NCBI GenBank assembly: GCA_943704425.1
Contig: CALSCP010002497.1
Location: 128,798-192,797 of the forward strand
DNA: 64,000 nt
Direction of reading: 5' to 3'
Origin: Ministeria vibrans ATCC 50519
Taxonomy: Eukaryota > Protista > Filasterea
The position numbers were made by a program, and so were the translations under genes. This document shows, in pieces, positions 51,701-64,000 of this stretch. Each line of letters opens with the position of its first letter. Position 1 is the stretch's first letter. The notes under the pieces are model-generated. The model was given only the letters and a program-made list of their open reading frames with translations. It was not told the DNA's origin and searched no databases.

Positions 51701-52060
51701 TCAAATCAATGCAAACGTGCGTGTCACGTTGCATCAAAGGTCGCGTGCTTGCATCCACCACGACACGGTCAGAGTCGTTGCTGTTGTCGCTCACAACGTG
51801 GCTTTTGCTAGGGTTGTCGTCGCCGTTGTTGTCGTCATCGTCGTCGTTGTTGTTGTCGTCGTCGTCGTCTTCATCATCATCATCATCATCATCATCACTG
51901 TCCTCTCGCAACATCATGGGTGGCGGTATATCGGAGGGTATCACGCTGCGAAAGCGAACCGAGTGTTGTGCCGATTTATGTTGCTGTTGTGGCCTGCGAG
52001 GAAGGGCGCCTCCACCGCGAGCGTGTCGCTTGGACACGGCCGCCGAGACTTGATCTGCGG

Positions 52061-52101
<41 letters not shown>

Positions 52102-53798
52102 GCGGTGGCCTTGGGCGACACGGTGAAGGTATCGGAACTTCCGGGTGAAGTGGTTTCATCGGCGGAGGCTGATGGGCCTGCTGTGGTGCGGCGTGAGGGT
52201 GACAGCACTCGCACGGAGACGACGTCAGGCAACGACTCGACTTGGTCGTTCTTTGCGGTCGGAGGTTCAAAGATGGACTTGATATGGGCAGGAGGGTCGT
52301 CGGAATCCAACTGAAAGATGTCGTGTGTGGGATGCCAGTTGTCCCACGGCTGACCAGCCGCAAAGGCAGCGCCGTTCACCTTGGTTGTGGAGGTACCCTT
52401 GAACGAGGGATGCTCAATCATCGAGCCGTACGTCGGCACCTGACTCTCCTCCTCGGCGGGCGTAGTTGCGTCGGAAACATCGGCCTCCTGCTCGGGCCAC
52501 AACTCGCCACTCACGTCAAGTCCCTCCTCCCACGTACGCTTCAGTTGTGATCCGCCCATTCGCCCTGGCTTTTTCGCTCGCATCCTCCGCTCGTCTGCGT
52601 CCTTCTCGGGCGTGGCAAAGATGCGACGCACGCGCTCCGCCTCGTCGTCGTTGTTGTCGTTGCTCTGTCGTTGTTTTGCGGCGCCCGCCGTGTCGGGTTC
52701 AAGCGCTGCCTCAACACTGTCCTCAAGGGGTTCCTTTTTGCCGGCCCCATCCATGTTGTGGGTAGCATCGTCGTGGCGCGCGCCACTGGCGTTCTCAAGA
52801 CCGAGCAAGCGATGAATGTCGGCGCTGGGCCACGATTCAACGTCGCCCATGCCGTTGTCACCAAAGAGCGACTCCAGTTGAAATTTGGTGGTCTTCCGCA
52901 AAGGTGGGCTCGATGTTTGCAGGGCGGGCACGGCGTCCGTGGTGTGCGTCTTGGGGTCTTGGCGGGCGGACTCGACCGAGGGCTCGCTCCGACGTTGCAC
53001 CTGCTCCGGCAGGAAGTTGCGCAGGTCGGCTGTATTCCATTGGCTCTGGCCCAGAAAGGAGGATTCGCTGGAGTGAGTGAGGTCAAAGGAGACGGGCGAG
53101 CCGGTCGATTGGAAGCTCAGGTTGGCGTCGACGTGTGGAGCGGCAGGGGAGGAGGGGGACGCAGAGAAGCCGCTGCTTGTACCGGCACGACCCGTCGGAG
53201 CCGGATGCACTGGACGACCAAAGTGTTTGGCAAACTGGCCGCTCTGGGGCGAGCGGGAGCGTTGGCGGGCAGGCGACGTGGCGGGAGGCGAGTACCTTCC
53301 GGCTGTCGTTGCGCGCTGTGTTGGCCGCTGTGGCGATGCGGTGGGGGCAGTCGAGGGAGCAGGAGATCCCGTGGCTGGTGCAATGGCTGTCGTCGTTGTG
53401 GCAGTAGGGTGGCGCAGTGGGTTGGGAGCAGGAGGGTCGCGGTCGGTTTCGGATTCGTAGTCGCTCTCGGGAAAGATGTCCTCTTCCTCGCCCCATTTGT
53501 TGAACCAGGGCCCGTTGGGCTCAAATTGGACCATATTGCCGTTTTCTTGATAGATGGGTCGCGTGTGGGAGATCGGAACGGGATCGAGCGCCGGTGCTTG
53601 GGGACTTTCGTCGAAGGCATCGTATTCGAAATCGTCGTCGTTGTTGTTGTTGCCGTCGTCGTTGTCGTCGTACTCGCCCCCACCGCTGAAGTTCCCATCG
53701 TCCAAGTCTAGGTACTCTGGCGAATCGTTCGCACCCTGAGGGTTGCGACTCCATTCGCGTTTCACGTCGTCCTTTGTCCAGAGGGTGGGACGTGCCAT
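48719..53798 (-). CDS. Nud1/Cdc11/centriolin-like LRR scaffold with a C-terminal degenerate PARP-like domain, 2 exons
   Basis: N-terminal RPTLWTKDDVKREW; L..(I/L/M)F(EP) motifs; many SDS22-type LRRs with an LRR cap (VRNNPI); ART-like C-terminus completed by exon 48810-48719 (phase 1). Confidence 0.7.
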
Positions 53799-54051
53799 TT
53801 TGAAAAAAAATGGACAAAAATTCAAAAAGTAGCAAAAAAAAACTGATACATGAGTTATGCATCAGAAGTCAGAACGGTTACTTATTCATTCTATTAAGGC
53901 CCGTGTAAACAATAAACATAGTTCATGGTTGATGGAGGGGCAAGAGTTTGCTTCGGACTAAATGTCAGACTTCGTCAGTCCTTAAGATTCTGTAGTCATA
54001 CTGAGTCTGAATAAATTCTGATTCTCTCTCAAATTCATTTAATTTTGTTGT

Positions 54052-54945
54052 ATGAGCGTTGGCTACACAGCTCTCAGTGCGGCAATTGGCCTGATCTTGG
54101 CTGGGCATGGCTATCGCAAGAAATCGCTGACAAAGGCGGGTGCGTACGCGGCGTTCTTCGTCGGATTTGTCTCGTTTCTCTCGTCCGTCCGAAACGGTCT
54201 TTTGTTGATATCCTTCTACCAGAGCTCCTCGTCCCTCACAAAGTTCAAAGCGGGCACCAAGGCAAAGATTAACGAGGCAGAGGACGATTCGAATGGACGC
54301 GGCGCCGCACAAGTGCTCGCCTGCTCTCTTCTCGCCACATGTCTGTGTGTCGCGTCGCTGTGGCAGTGGGGCATCAACAAGGAGTCGGTTGTGTGTGCAT
54401 CGTCGTCCCCTTGGCTCGCTGCTGCCTATATTGCACACTATGCCTGCACCACTGGCGACACCTGGGCTTCCGAATTGGGCGTCCTGGACCCTTTTGGCGA
54501 TCCGATTCTTTCGACGAGTCTGCGCAAAGTGCCAAGAGGTGTGCGTGCCATGTCATTGTGTATATAAGACACACAATCACCCAATAATGCTTGTCCTGCA
54601 GGTACCAATGGCGCCATGTCCGTGACGGGCACACTGGCCTCATTGCTGGGAGGGGCGTTTATTGGATTGGTTGCCTTTGTAAGTGGCCCTGCCGGTGACG
54701 GTTGGCTCGCTCTCGTACTCCTTGGCGCAGCTGCAGGCCTGGGTGGATCCCTGATCGACTCGCTGCTAGGAGCAACACTGCAAGAGACGCGCTACGACGA
54801 CAATAAGAAGCGGATCGTACACGCCGGTGGTCGTGTTGTGTGTGGCTCGAATGTTCTCTCAAATGTCCAAGTCAACCTCGTCTCCGTCTTCATCACCATG
54901 GCGCTCGCCGCCTTTCTCGGGCCCAGCCTCCTTTGCTCTGTATAA
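54052..54945 (+). CDS. TMEM19: DUF92 / TMEM19-family membrane protein, 2 exons
   Basis: SSSLTKFK, GRGAAQVL, GDTWASELG, VPRGTNGAMS..GTLAS, GSLIDSLLGATLQ, LSNVQVNL; intron 54539-54601. Confidence 0.9.
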
Positions 54946-55004
54946 TCCATAACACAACAATAAACAACCCCTCCTCCCCTCTGTACTCATACACACCGTC
55001 CCTG

Positions 55005-55820
55005 TCAGACACTCTCCTCGTCAATGTCAACGTCAGGATCCTTGCGTCTACGTCTCATCCGTGTCACTCCTCCCACAACCGGCCCTCCTGTACTACTGCC
55101 ACTGCGTCGTCGTACACTCTTCGTTCCCGTCGACACCAACATAGACGTCAGCGTGTTCATCATCTCCGCTGCCGATTGTGTGGTGCCACGCGTCAGTGTT
55201 ACCCCCTTTCTATCGTCCTTCCTCTCGTCCGTCTCGACTTCGCTGCTCACGTTCCCACTCGTCTCACCCGGATCACTCTAAAAATAAAAATAAAAAAATC
55301 GCAAAACAACAGTAAGTGAAGTCAGATCGAGTGCATAAGAACAATGCAGCTCTGCGTGATACCTTGTTTGACTCCTGTACAAGCGCAATCTTTCGCCCAC
55401 GCGTCTCTTCCCTCAACCTACACAAAAAAACACATGAATAAGTACTCGCACACCCATCGACACGCAGACCCACTCAGAAAGACTCACAGCACACTCACAG
55501 ACACACAGACCCACTCAGAAAGACTCACACACACCCTCCCATTGTCTCTCTCTATCACAGTTTTTTCTCCTCTTTCTCTGTCTCCCTTACTTGCGCTGCT
55601 TCTTCTTCTCCACGGCTTGTGCAATCATTGTCACTGTCGCCTGGAAATCACTTGCAAAATCGGCAATCAACTACACAATGACAAAAACGAGTTAATGTTA
55701 TTTTCTTATCATTTGTTATTCTTTTTTAGGTTGTATTCTTTTACTATTATTATTATTTTATTATTATTATAATTATTAAATTTTTATTATTATTACTATT
55801 ATAATTATTATTATCATTAA

Positions 55821-55862
<42 letters not shown>

Positions 55863-58800
55863 TATAATTATTATTATCATTAATAATATTTATTATCATT
55901 ATTATTATTATTATTATTACTATTATAATTATTACAATGCGCATGATAGTTTTAGTATACCTTGAAAAACACTCCGACAGGATAATCCTTGAGTTTCGTC
56001 TGTGGAATTGCAAAGTAGAGCTGCAAACGAGTAAACCGATTGGAGATACGCCGATGTGCAACCAACAGTGCGTCAATGCTACACAGACACATACAATATG
56101 TCAGATGCCGTATGTCAATTGCGCTTTTACTGACTTTGCACTGGACTGAGCAATGCTCTCGGGCATCCGCTGGCGGAACGCAGAGACTGTGTCTTTCATC
56201 ATGATCTTTTCACAGTCTCTGAGCGCACTTCCCAGTTGACTTTGCATCTGCGCAATACGGCTCTCTATGAACAAAACAAAACCGAGTCACTATTATATTA
56301 TCGTTATTATGATTATTATTGATATTATTATTATTATTCTTAATATTATTATTATTATTGTTGTTATTATTATTATTATAAATAAAACAACAACTATCCT
56401 CAATAGTATACCAAGTGACGCAAGATCTATAAGAGCAGCATCGGCACAGCCACTGAGTTGCTCGTACAGTGCATGGGCCAGCGTAGACTCATGCATAAGC
56501 GTGTGCTCCACAAGAAAAGTCAGGAGTGTTCCTTTGCCTTAATTGATGAGGATGAGAGGAGAGACAGAGAGAGGGGAGTGATAGAGAGACAATTGACAGA
56601 CAGAGACAGACAGAGACAGACAGAGACAGAGAAACATAAAAAAGAAGCCCCCGAGGCGATTGATAGAAGGAAAGAAAGAACAAAGTGATAAAGTCCAAGT
56701 TGTGAGAATGAGTACTACTACTTGAGATTTAAACGTAATTCCGATACCTGTGGAGTCTCGCGTGTCTCCGAGCTTGCCAAGGACGTCCAGAGTAAATGCG
56801 GATGCATTCCCGCGCGCAGTGTTTCCATTCATTGTGTTGCCAATCTTCAGCACAAGCGCAAGACACATTCGCAGTGCACTCGAAGACATACACTGGGCGA
56901 GAGAAGAGCAAGCAAGAAAAAAACGAGTCAGAACAAGCAACGGCCTAAAACACTCTTTCGTACTTGTTCAATCCCCTGCTGCAACACAAAGAGACAGCGC
57001 GCAATGTCCTTCTCGCGCTCCGCTTGCACACGAGTAAACAGCCACACACCCAGTCGCTTCTGCACATCCGCAATCGAGTGCAGTGCCATCAGATACTTCT
57101 CCGGCGCGTCCAGCGGTACCTCCGGATGCTTCACTTGCGCCTCTTCAATCTCGCGCACTTCTTCATTCGTGGGACACAGCTGAATCAATGTCTCAATCTG
57201 CGCCGTGTCCAATTGCCTACACCGGAAAGTGTCAGTGAATTGACTGATGCGGTGAAATGCTATCCTCAACTTGTCGTCGAGTGCGTTGATAATGCTCGCA
57301 ATCACTTGCGCTTTCGGCATGCGCGACGTACTAATCGCCACGGACCGCGACCGTTTGTCCGAGAGCACACTACATTGAAAAAAAACCCCCCTCAAAAAGC
57401 GTCAGTTGCACAAACCAGCTAGAAATTTCATTTTCTATTCGTCACCTAATGTGCTTGATAGCTTTTTTGGCGGCCGCCGCTTCTGCTTTCTGCTTCTCTT
57501 TGGCCTTGTTCACCTTGGGCTTCTCCGAAAATCGCAGCGCAAAATCCGTCATGTCCAACTCGTACACCTTGCGACGTCGCTCGTTCTCTTCCTGTCGCTT
57601 CTTGCGTGCCGCCTCCTTCTCAGCCTTGACGCGTTCTCGCTCGCGAACCTTGGCTTTCCTCTTCATTTTCTTCTTCTTCTCCTCGTTTTCCTCCTCCTCC
57701 TCCTCTTCCTCATCATCATCATCATCATCATCATGACCCTCTGTTTCATCTCCTTCCTCTTTACTGACCTTGCTCCCTTCCTCTTCCGTCTCGCGTGCCC
57801 CTTCTTCTTCATCTTCTTCGTCCTCAATTTTCTGTTCCTCCTTCAGTAGATCCCACACGGTTGTGTCCACCGCACCCTGAGCACACGGTGCAACCTTGCT
57901 CCAGTTGAGCTTTTTCAACTTAGGCACTGCGGAGACAACTGCAACAACTCCCCCAAAACTTATAGTTGGCGGAGGTGGCGGTGATCCGCCTGAGCCCGGT
58001 GGAGGAGGTGGTGGTGGAGGACCATCGGCAACGTCGCCACTGGGCGGGAGAGGCGGAGGTGGTGGTGGACCACCAGCACCATCACCTGGAGGTGCTGGTG
58101 GAGGCGGCGGCGGTGGTGGGCCACCTGCCCCATCATCATCACCATGCGTCGGTGGAGGCGGCGGCGGTGGTGGTGGTGGTGGTGGGCCACCTGCGTCGTC
58201 ACCACCCAGCGACAGAGGTGGTGGTGGTGGTGGTGGCGGTGGACCACACGCGTCGCCACTACCGGGCGGTGGCGGTGGCGGTGGGGGCGGGCCGTTTGCA
58301 TCACCACCTGGTGGTGGTGGTGGCGGCGGTGGCGGACCATTAGGATCGACCGCAGTAGCAGTAGTAGCTGCTGCAGGTGTATCGGGCTTCACCAGTGGAT
58401 CCCAGTCATCGTCGACTGTGAGCGCACCAAAATCGAATCCAGCCACGGCCAACGGCACATCATCCTGCTTCTTCTTTTTCTTCTCCTCCGCATTTCCAGT
58501 TCCGCTGGTGAACGCTCGGAACATCAACAGTTTGCGACCAGCCGATCGAAACATGCTTTTAAGCTTGGCTCCCGACCGTTTCTCCGGCGAAATATCTGCC
58601 GGTGTCGTCTGCCTCCTCGACTTGAACGCACTTCGTAAAGACACCATCGCCTGCAGCTTGTTCCACGCCTTCATGTCCGACGTCCGCCGATCAGGAATAT
58701 CCCCCGTCGACGCAGCGCCAAGCTCCATCACCGCCCCTTCACGCGAGCCCCCAGCCCCATGTGAAGGTTGTTGATGGCCAGGCCCACGAATCCGTCGAAT

Positions 58801-60933
58801 CGTCTTACGCACCGCTTGAATACTGAAAAAAAAAACATTCAAAGTAATACGAATAAATAATCGCGTTGCACAAAACACGGCGAATAAATTGATGAGCGTA
58901 CCCTCGTGAAAACTTGCTCTCAAACTCGTTTGATGCATGACGCCGTGACGCCGAGCGGGCCCTTCGCTCTTCGCGCGTCAACGGCAACGATGTCTGTGAC
59001 TGCTTCTTCTTTTCCAACATTTTACGCAGCACTACACGCACACAAGAAAGAACATCCCCAAACAAACAAAGTAAGAACATAATAACAAATAATAATCATG
59101 ATAATAATTCTCCGTTTCCTACTGGTAACATCATCGCTGGTCTTCTTTGACAGCGGCGAATGCGATCGCTCTCCAGCTTCCTTCTCCTTCTCCTTCTCGA
59201 CAATCTCTTTATCCGTCGTTTCATTCACCGTTGAACCCTCTCCTTCCCCCCCATCTATCTCCCGCTCCTTCTCGTTACCTGCAAGCTCGTTCGCTTCGGC
59301 CATGAGTGACAGAAAAAGCTCCACCTAAATACAAACACGAGACATAAAAGGGTCACTTTCTAACATATTATAACAATCATACGAATTAAAACAGTCAGTC
59401 AAAATAATTATAACTATAACATTACAACATCCGTTTTTCGAAACCTTTGCAAGCAACTTCCCGTCTGTCGTTGGCGCTGTGCGCAACTGATTCATGACCT
59501 CGTCAAAGCCCACCGATGTGAATATATCGACAACGTGTCGGAGCATGTCCACATCGTCTGTCGTCGACGCCACAATCTCTGCAAAGAAAAGAATAGAATT
59601 TTATGATCCTCTTTGGAGCTCCGTTGTTTTCTTTTGTTGTCGTACCGTTGATAAGAGACATGGACAGCAGACGCAGCTTATTGTCGGCCTCGGGTAATTT
59701 GAGCAGGTCCAGAAACACCGAAAAAGGAGCACAGCCCATTGACTCAGCCTGAACAGTCAAACACACACAACGCAAGGAATGAGCAATCGATCTCACACCC
59801 TTGCCTCTTGTTTTTTGTCTTTTTCTGAACTTTTCCTTAGACACTTACGACATTGCATGCGACTTCAATAAGCGACGTGATCACTTCTTCCCGGTCGTTG
59901 ATCACAATTAGAATCACATCAAGAATCGACTTGACAACCTCGAGCGGCATTCCCTCTCGAATCACTAGAGTGTCGAAATACTGTGTCTCAAAATTTTGAA
60001 CCGCAAGCCATAGGCCAACCAGATAAAACACAGGATTCAAACAAACCACCATAACCAAATATACAATATACCTGTCGAGTAGAGCATCTCAAGGTTATAA
60101 AGGGACTCGGCGACTGCGTCCATTCCATCCACGAAGAAGACAGACTGAAGAAGCACTTTGCATGCAAGCAATGCCGGCTGGAGTGCATCAATGCTGCACA
60201 ACTCAATGATGAGAGCCAGTCCGTTGCCCATAAAGAACTCTTGGGCAAACTCGGCATCGAGGCGCAGGTGGCGTTGAAGGCACCCGAGCACTTCGGTCAG
60301 CCGATCGGGCGACGCGTCCACCGCCTCGCGAATGGTGTCTGTCCGTTAAAAAGGAAGAATGAGAAGCGAAGAAGAGACGCCAGGTTTTCGCGTTTGAGCG
60401 CCTACCTTTGAAATTGAGTACTTGAAGCTGGGGTTGCGTGCGCAAGAGCACTTGGTGTTCATGCAGGAGATCCTGAACGAGAAGAGACACGAATAAAAGG
60501 GTTCACGGAGCAGACAAAAAAAGGTCTCTGGCAGCGAATAATACCAGTTGGTCCTCAAGCGGATCGTCATGGTCCAGACACATACCATCTGGGTACACTT
60601 GGAGGGCTGCAGCGAGCGGCTGAGTGCACATAGGAGAGGTCAGCAAAGGCAAAACACGTTTTGAGTGGGTGTTGCGTTTACATCAAGTGGAGCGTTGCAC
60701 TCTGCGACGAGCCGCTTGAGAACGGCGCGCACAGGAAGGCTAATGAGCACGCGATCCAGCGTCACCGCGGTCGCTTCGGACGTTTCCATGAGGCGCTCGC
60801 TTGTGACGTTGCGGTCGTCAACGTAACGAACGTGTAGCGTCAGCGATGCGTCTCCATCAATGTCGTCGACCAAGTCGTCAACGGCATCCTCTTCACCAAC
60901 GCTTTCAGGTGTGCTTTCCTCGTTGTCACTCAT
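55005..60933 (-). CDS. FHOD: FHOD-family formin (GBD/FH3-FH1-FH2-DAD), many exons
   Basis: VRYVDD N-domain and EFAQEFF..NGL resemble FHOD; polyproline FH1; FH2 KLKKLNW, LSDKRSRSVAI, LKIGNTMNG..A.AFTL..L.KL.DTRD; DAD-like EMMNTL..KSVRRR in the last exon. Confidence 0.85.
57960..58340 (-). repeat. Coding tandem repeat: eight polyproline units of the formin FH1 domain
   Basis: Repeated (G/S)PPPPP.. units with short Gly/Asp-rich spacers. Confidence 0.9.
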
Positions 60934-61110
60934 GAACGAGAAGGAAATGGAGTGAATTCAGATTTTTTTCGTTTTTATTATTGTTGTTTACAAAATGATT
61001 GTGATTGAAAAAAAAATTCATAATTCATTTATTTCAATATTTATCAAAACAAAACACCTGTACGCACAGGCTTTGATCCACTTGTGAGTTGTGCGTATCA
61101 TCTGAAAGGG

Positions 61111-61824
61111 ATGGCGTTGAGGGGAGAGGGCAAGATCAACTTTGCCGGAGACGATGGCGACTCAAGACAGCGCGTCAAAGACAGTTACGAGAAGAGTGCA
61201 CGGTACGGTAATTGTCGATCTTTGACGCATGAGCCAAAGGGATGGGGGGCGGGGGCGGAGAGGGGGTTCTTTGTGAGGTGGTGGTGCCGGTGGTGGAGGG
61301 ATACAAAGTGAAGTTTTCGACATGCCACGTCGAACGATTGACTCATCACCAACACTGTGGCGCACTCTTTCGCCATTTGCAGGGAAAAGCGACGGCTGAC
61401 GACGCTGGCGTATGCTATGGCAGGAACTTCGTTGGTAGCTGCTGGGGTTGATGCGACCGTCGGCGTCCATCCGCTGTGGTGGGCGCCGTTTGCGCATGCG
61501 ACGCTGTCGCTGGCGGGCGTTGCGACTGTCCTGAAGGGAGCACTGCCGCGGAACCAGCAGACGCCGCTGCTTGCCTTTGTCGCCATAGCAATCTTCTCCT
61601 TGGCCTTTGCCATTGGCGGCCTTGTTGCCCAGGTGCGTTGGACAAGTGAGTGCACTGAGAGGCTCACCAATTTGTGGCTCATTGTGTAGTTGAACGATGG
61701 CACTTCACACACTGCGGCCCTTGCTGCCTATGCGCTGAGCAGTCTGACTATTGTTGCGACGGCTGTTGGTGCCATGACACTCAACTCGACGTGGACGAAC
61801 AAAAGACAGAAGAGGAGAGATTGA
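61111..61824 (+). CDS. Jagunal-like ER membrane protein, 3 exons
   Basis: MALRGEGKINFAGDDGDSRQRVKDSYEKSAREKRRL resembles the jagunal N-terminus; four hydrophobic segments; basic W...KRQKRRD* tail. Confidence 0.6.
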
Positions 61825-62581
61825 AAATCAATCCTTTCACACTTCTTACACTTACTTCTAAGGAGTCTGGTCTGAGACTGTCTATCAAAAAAATCAATAA
61901 TAATAATAATTATTATTATTATTATTCCATTCCCATCTTTTTAGAGTTAGTCAATAGTTGATAGCGGAAGCATTTGTATTCCTCTTTGTCGTATTTTATT
62001 ATATTTTTCCAACTTGTGAATGATTGTGTGTCTTCATATAGTGCCAATACAAACAACTCAAAAGTCAACCTCACTTTCTAAGCTACAGTCTACGCCCTAC
62101 AGGAGCGTCGAGAAAAGGCAGAGGTAGGTGTCTTATTATTTTGAGTACAACTTCGTTTCAATGAAAATGGGTCCTCTCAAACGATGGGAGTTCCGACCTT
62201 GATGTGACTGGAGCCAGTCTGAAGTCAGTCTATTGCAGAGCTCGCCGGCAGAGACACCGTATCTACTAATGAGCATTCAGCAATAACTAGCGGCGAGGTC
62301 GTCGGATTGCGTGGATGAAGACGACGCCAAGGAAGGTGTAGAGCTCCTCAGCATCCATGCCGTTTCCCGTGTGCCAAGTAGGCGGCAGCAGCCGCAGACG
62401 GCCGGCGCGGTTGTCGTCGCGTTCGGAGCGGCTCCTGGTCGGACGATGTGAAAATGTTGGCTGCTGCTCAGAAAACATCGGATTCGGATTCATCTCATTC
62501 TCAGCTGAGACTGCCGAGTCAGCTCTCGGTTTATGATTTTCATTCTCTTTCTTCACTTCACGTTGTTTGTATCCAGGAAGA

Positions 62582-63571
62582 ATGCAACAACCTTGCATTA
62601 ACGATGCTTCAAAGCGTGAGATCATGTCTGTTAATGGCATAGGCGACAAGCTGACTGCGAGAATTCTCCTCGCGCGAAAGGAGGCTCGTTTTGATTCGTG
62701 GAACAACCTTCAAGCTCGTATTCCAGGAATTGGAGATAAGCTTCGTGAAAGGCTCGCACTGCGGTTTTCTTTTGTTCATGTTTCTCCCCATACTGGTGGT
62801 GTGCGACCCTTGCGTGAGTTTGCGCAACATCACAATCCCAAAAACACGACTCGAGTAAGAAGTGTTTATTAATGCAAAAACCTCATGCTGACCCCAATCC
62901 AATAGGCGCCGTTAAGGGTTCTTCCTGTCGAAGCGGTCCGAGGCCCACTCGCGGCTGCGGCGGAGGAACCGGGCGCTTGTCTTGTTGCTGATTGCAAAAA
63001 GGAGGCTAAATGCGTTTTTTTTTGCTCTGGGCATTCTGTGCGCAAATGCGTGACCTCTATGAAGGCGACTCTCTTACAACGCGATGGTCATCATGATGCG
63101 TACTCCCGGGAGCCATTTTCTTCTGAAGGCAGCAGCCGCTCTCGAATCACTGTTGATCACGTTCACGAAGTCCAATTCTTCCATCACGTTCTCGCCAAAA
63201 CCCTTGTGGATCCAGGCACGAGAATTGATATTAGAAATTTGAGCAAAGTCACCAGCGCTCTCAGAGTGAGTGTTGTCAATTCGCCCGACAATATGCTTCT
63301 GACAACGCAAAGTAACAATTCGTCCAAGATGCACATCGTGAAGACGTGGTGCAATTATCTCATGGTGGAGGACCGCAACAGACGACGACTTCTCCGTGAG
63401 TGTGTTCGAACACGAAAACAGAAAATGTTGTGGAGTGCCATTGAATCCTCCATGCAAAATGACTTGTTTTTTCGCCCCCCTGAAACGAGCTCTGTTTCCG
63501 TTGCAGGACTCCTCGAGGATGTTTCCGAGCACATGTTTGATGCACTGCTCCAAATGGGTCTTTACCAATAA
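62582..63571 (+). CDS. ComEA-like helix-hairpin-helix + C-C-C-H knuckle + HNH-like nuclease-domain protein, at least 2 exons (start uncertain)
   Basis: INDAS..EI..VNGIG....RI...R....F.SW..L...PGIG; phase-0 intron 62855-62905; CLVADC..C.FFCSGH; DAYS...VDHVHEVQ...VNSPDNM..T...N..K. Confidence 0.65.
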
Positions 63572-64000
63572 TAACAATAATAAGAAAAATATAATAATAA
63601 ATAAATTTATTAATAATAATAATAAAAATTAAAAATTGGCGATCCAAGAATAAATAAATAAATCAGCATTGAACAATATAATTTATATACTACTCTGCTA
63701 ATTACTTTTTGTCTGCTTCGTACTTCATTATTAAAAATTTTGAATAATAATAAGAAGAAGAATACAACCCATTTATTAATGATACAGTCACCACGCGAAG
63801 ACACAGCCAGACCGCCTTGCAAACTCGACCGAAACTCTAGAGGTAACATGGGAGAACAGTGGCAGGTCATAGTGCTGTGTCGACGCTATCCAGTGAGGCA
63901 ATCGCAATGGTACGCCATACCCCCAGAGGAGGCTTAGGGCTCTGACACCATGAAGGTGTCTATCGGCAAGGAGTGTAAAGTCGAAGTCGTGGTTGAGGCA

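Noticed and set aside
62287-62445. GC-rich minus-strand fragment (GRLRLLPPTWHTGNGMDAEELYTFLGVVFIHAIRRP) that looks coding
   Set aside because: No start, splice partner or family could be assigned from the sequence alone

Overview
Gene-dense window from an intron-containing unicellular eukaryote. Exons are GC-rich, most GT-AG introns are about 50-100 nt, intergenic spacers are very short and AT-rich, and (GA)n/(AAT)n microsatellites are frequent; there is one N gap. Gene content (HADHA, MGAT1, FHOD formin, WHAMM/JMY-like factor, CFAP210, Nud1/Cdc11-like scaffold) suggests a flagellated opisthokont/holozoan-type protist; this is inference. About 25 protein-coding genes were reconstructed by manual, phase-checked exon joining, and family calls rest on recognised motifs, not database searches. 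Main oddities: (1) an Mps1/TTK kinase whose last exon adds a polyproline-WH2-WH2-C-A (Arp2/3-activator-like) tail, head-to-head with CENP-E; (2) a thymidylate kinase gene split into two in-phase halves 18.3 kb apart, with (GA)n tracts at both junctions (misassembly or giant nested intron); (3) several unusually long introns that appear to fold into stable RNA structures, the largest about 320 nt and unidentified; (4) a spliced ComEA-like HhH + Zn knuckle + HNH-like nuclease gene; (5) a ZnF-NB-ARC-ankyrin NLR-like gene, a Nud1-like LRR protein with a pseudo-PARP domain, a divergent eIF2-gamma, an intron-containing phosphonatase and a plant QRT3-like enzyme.
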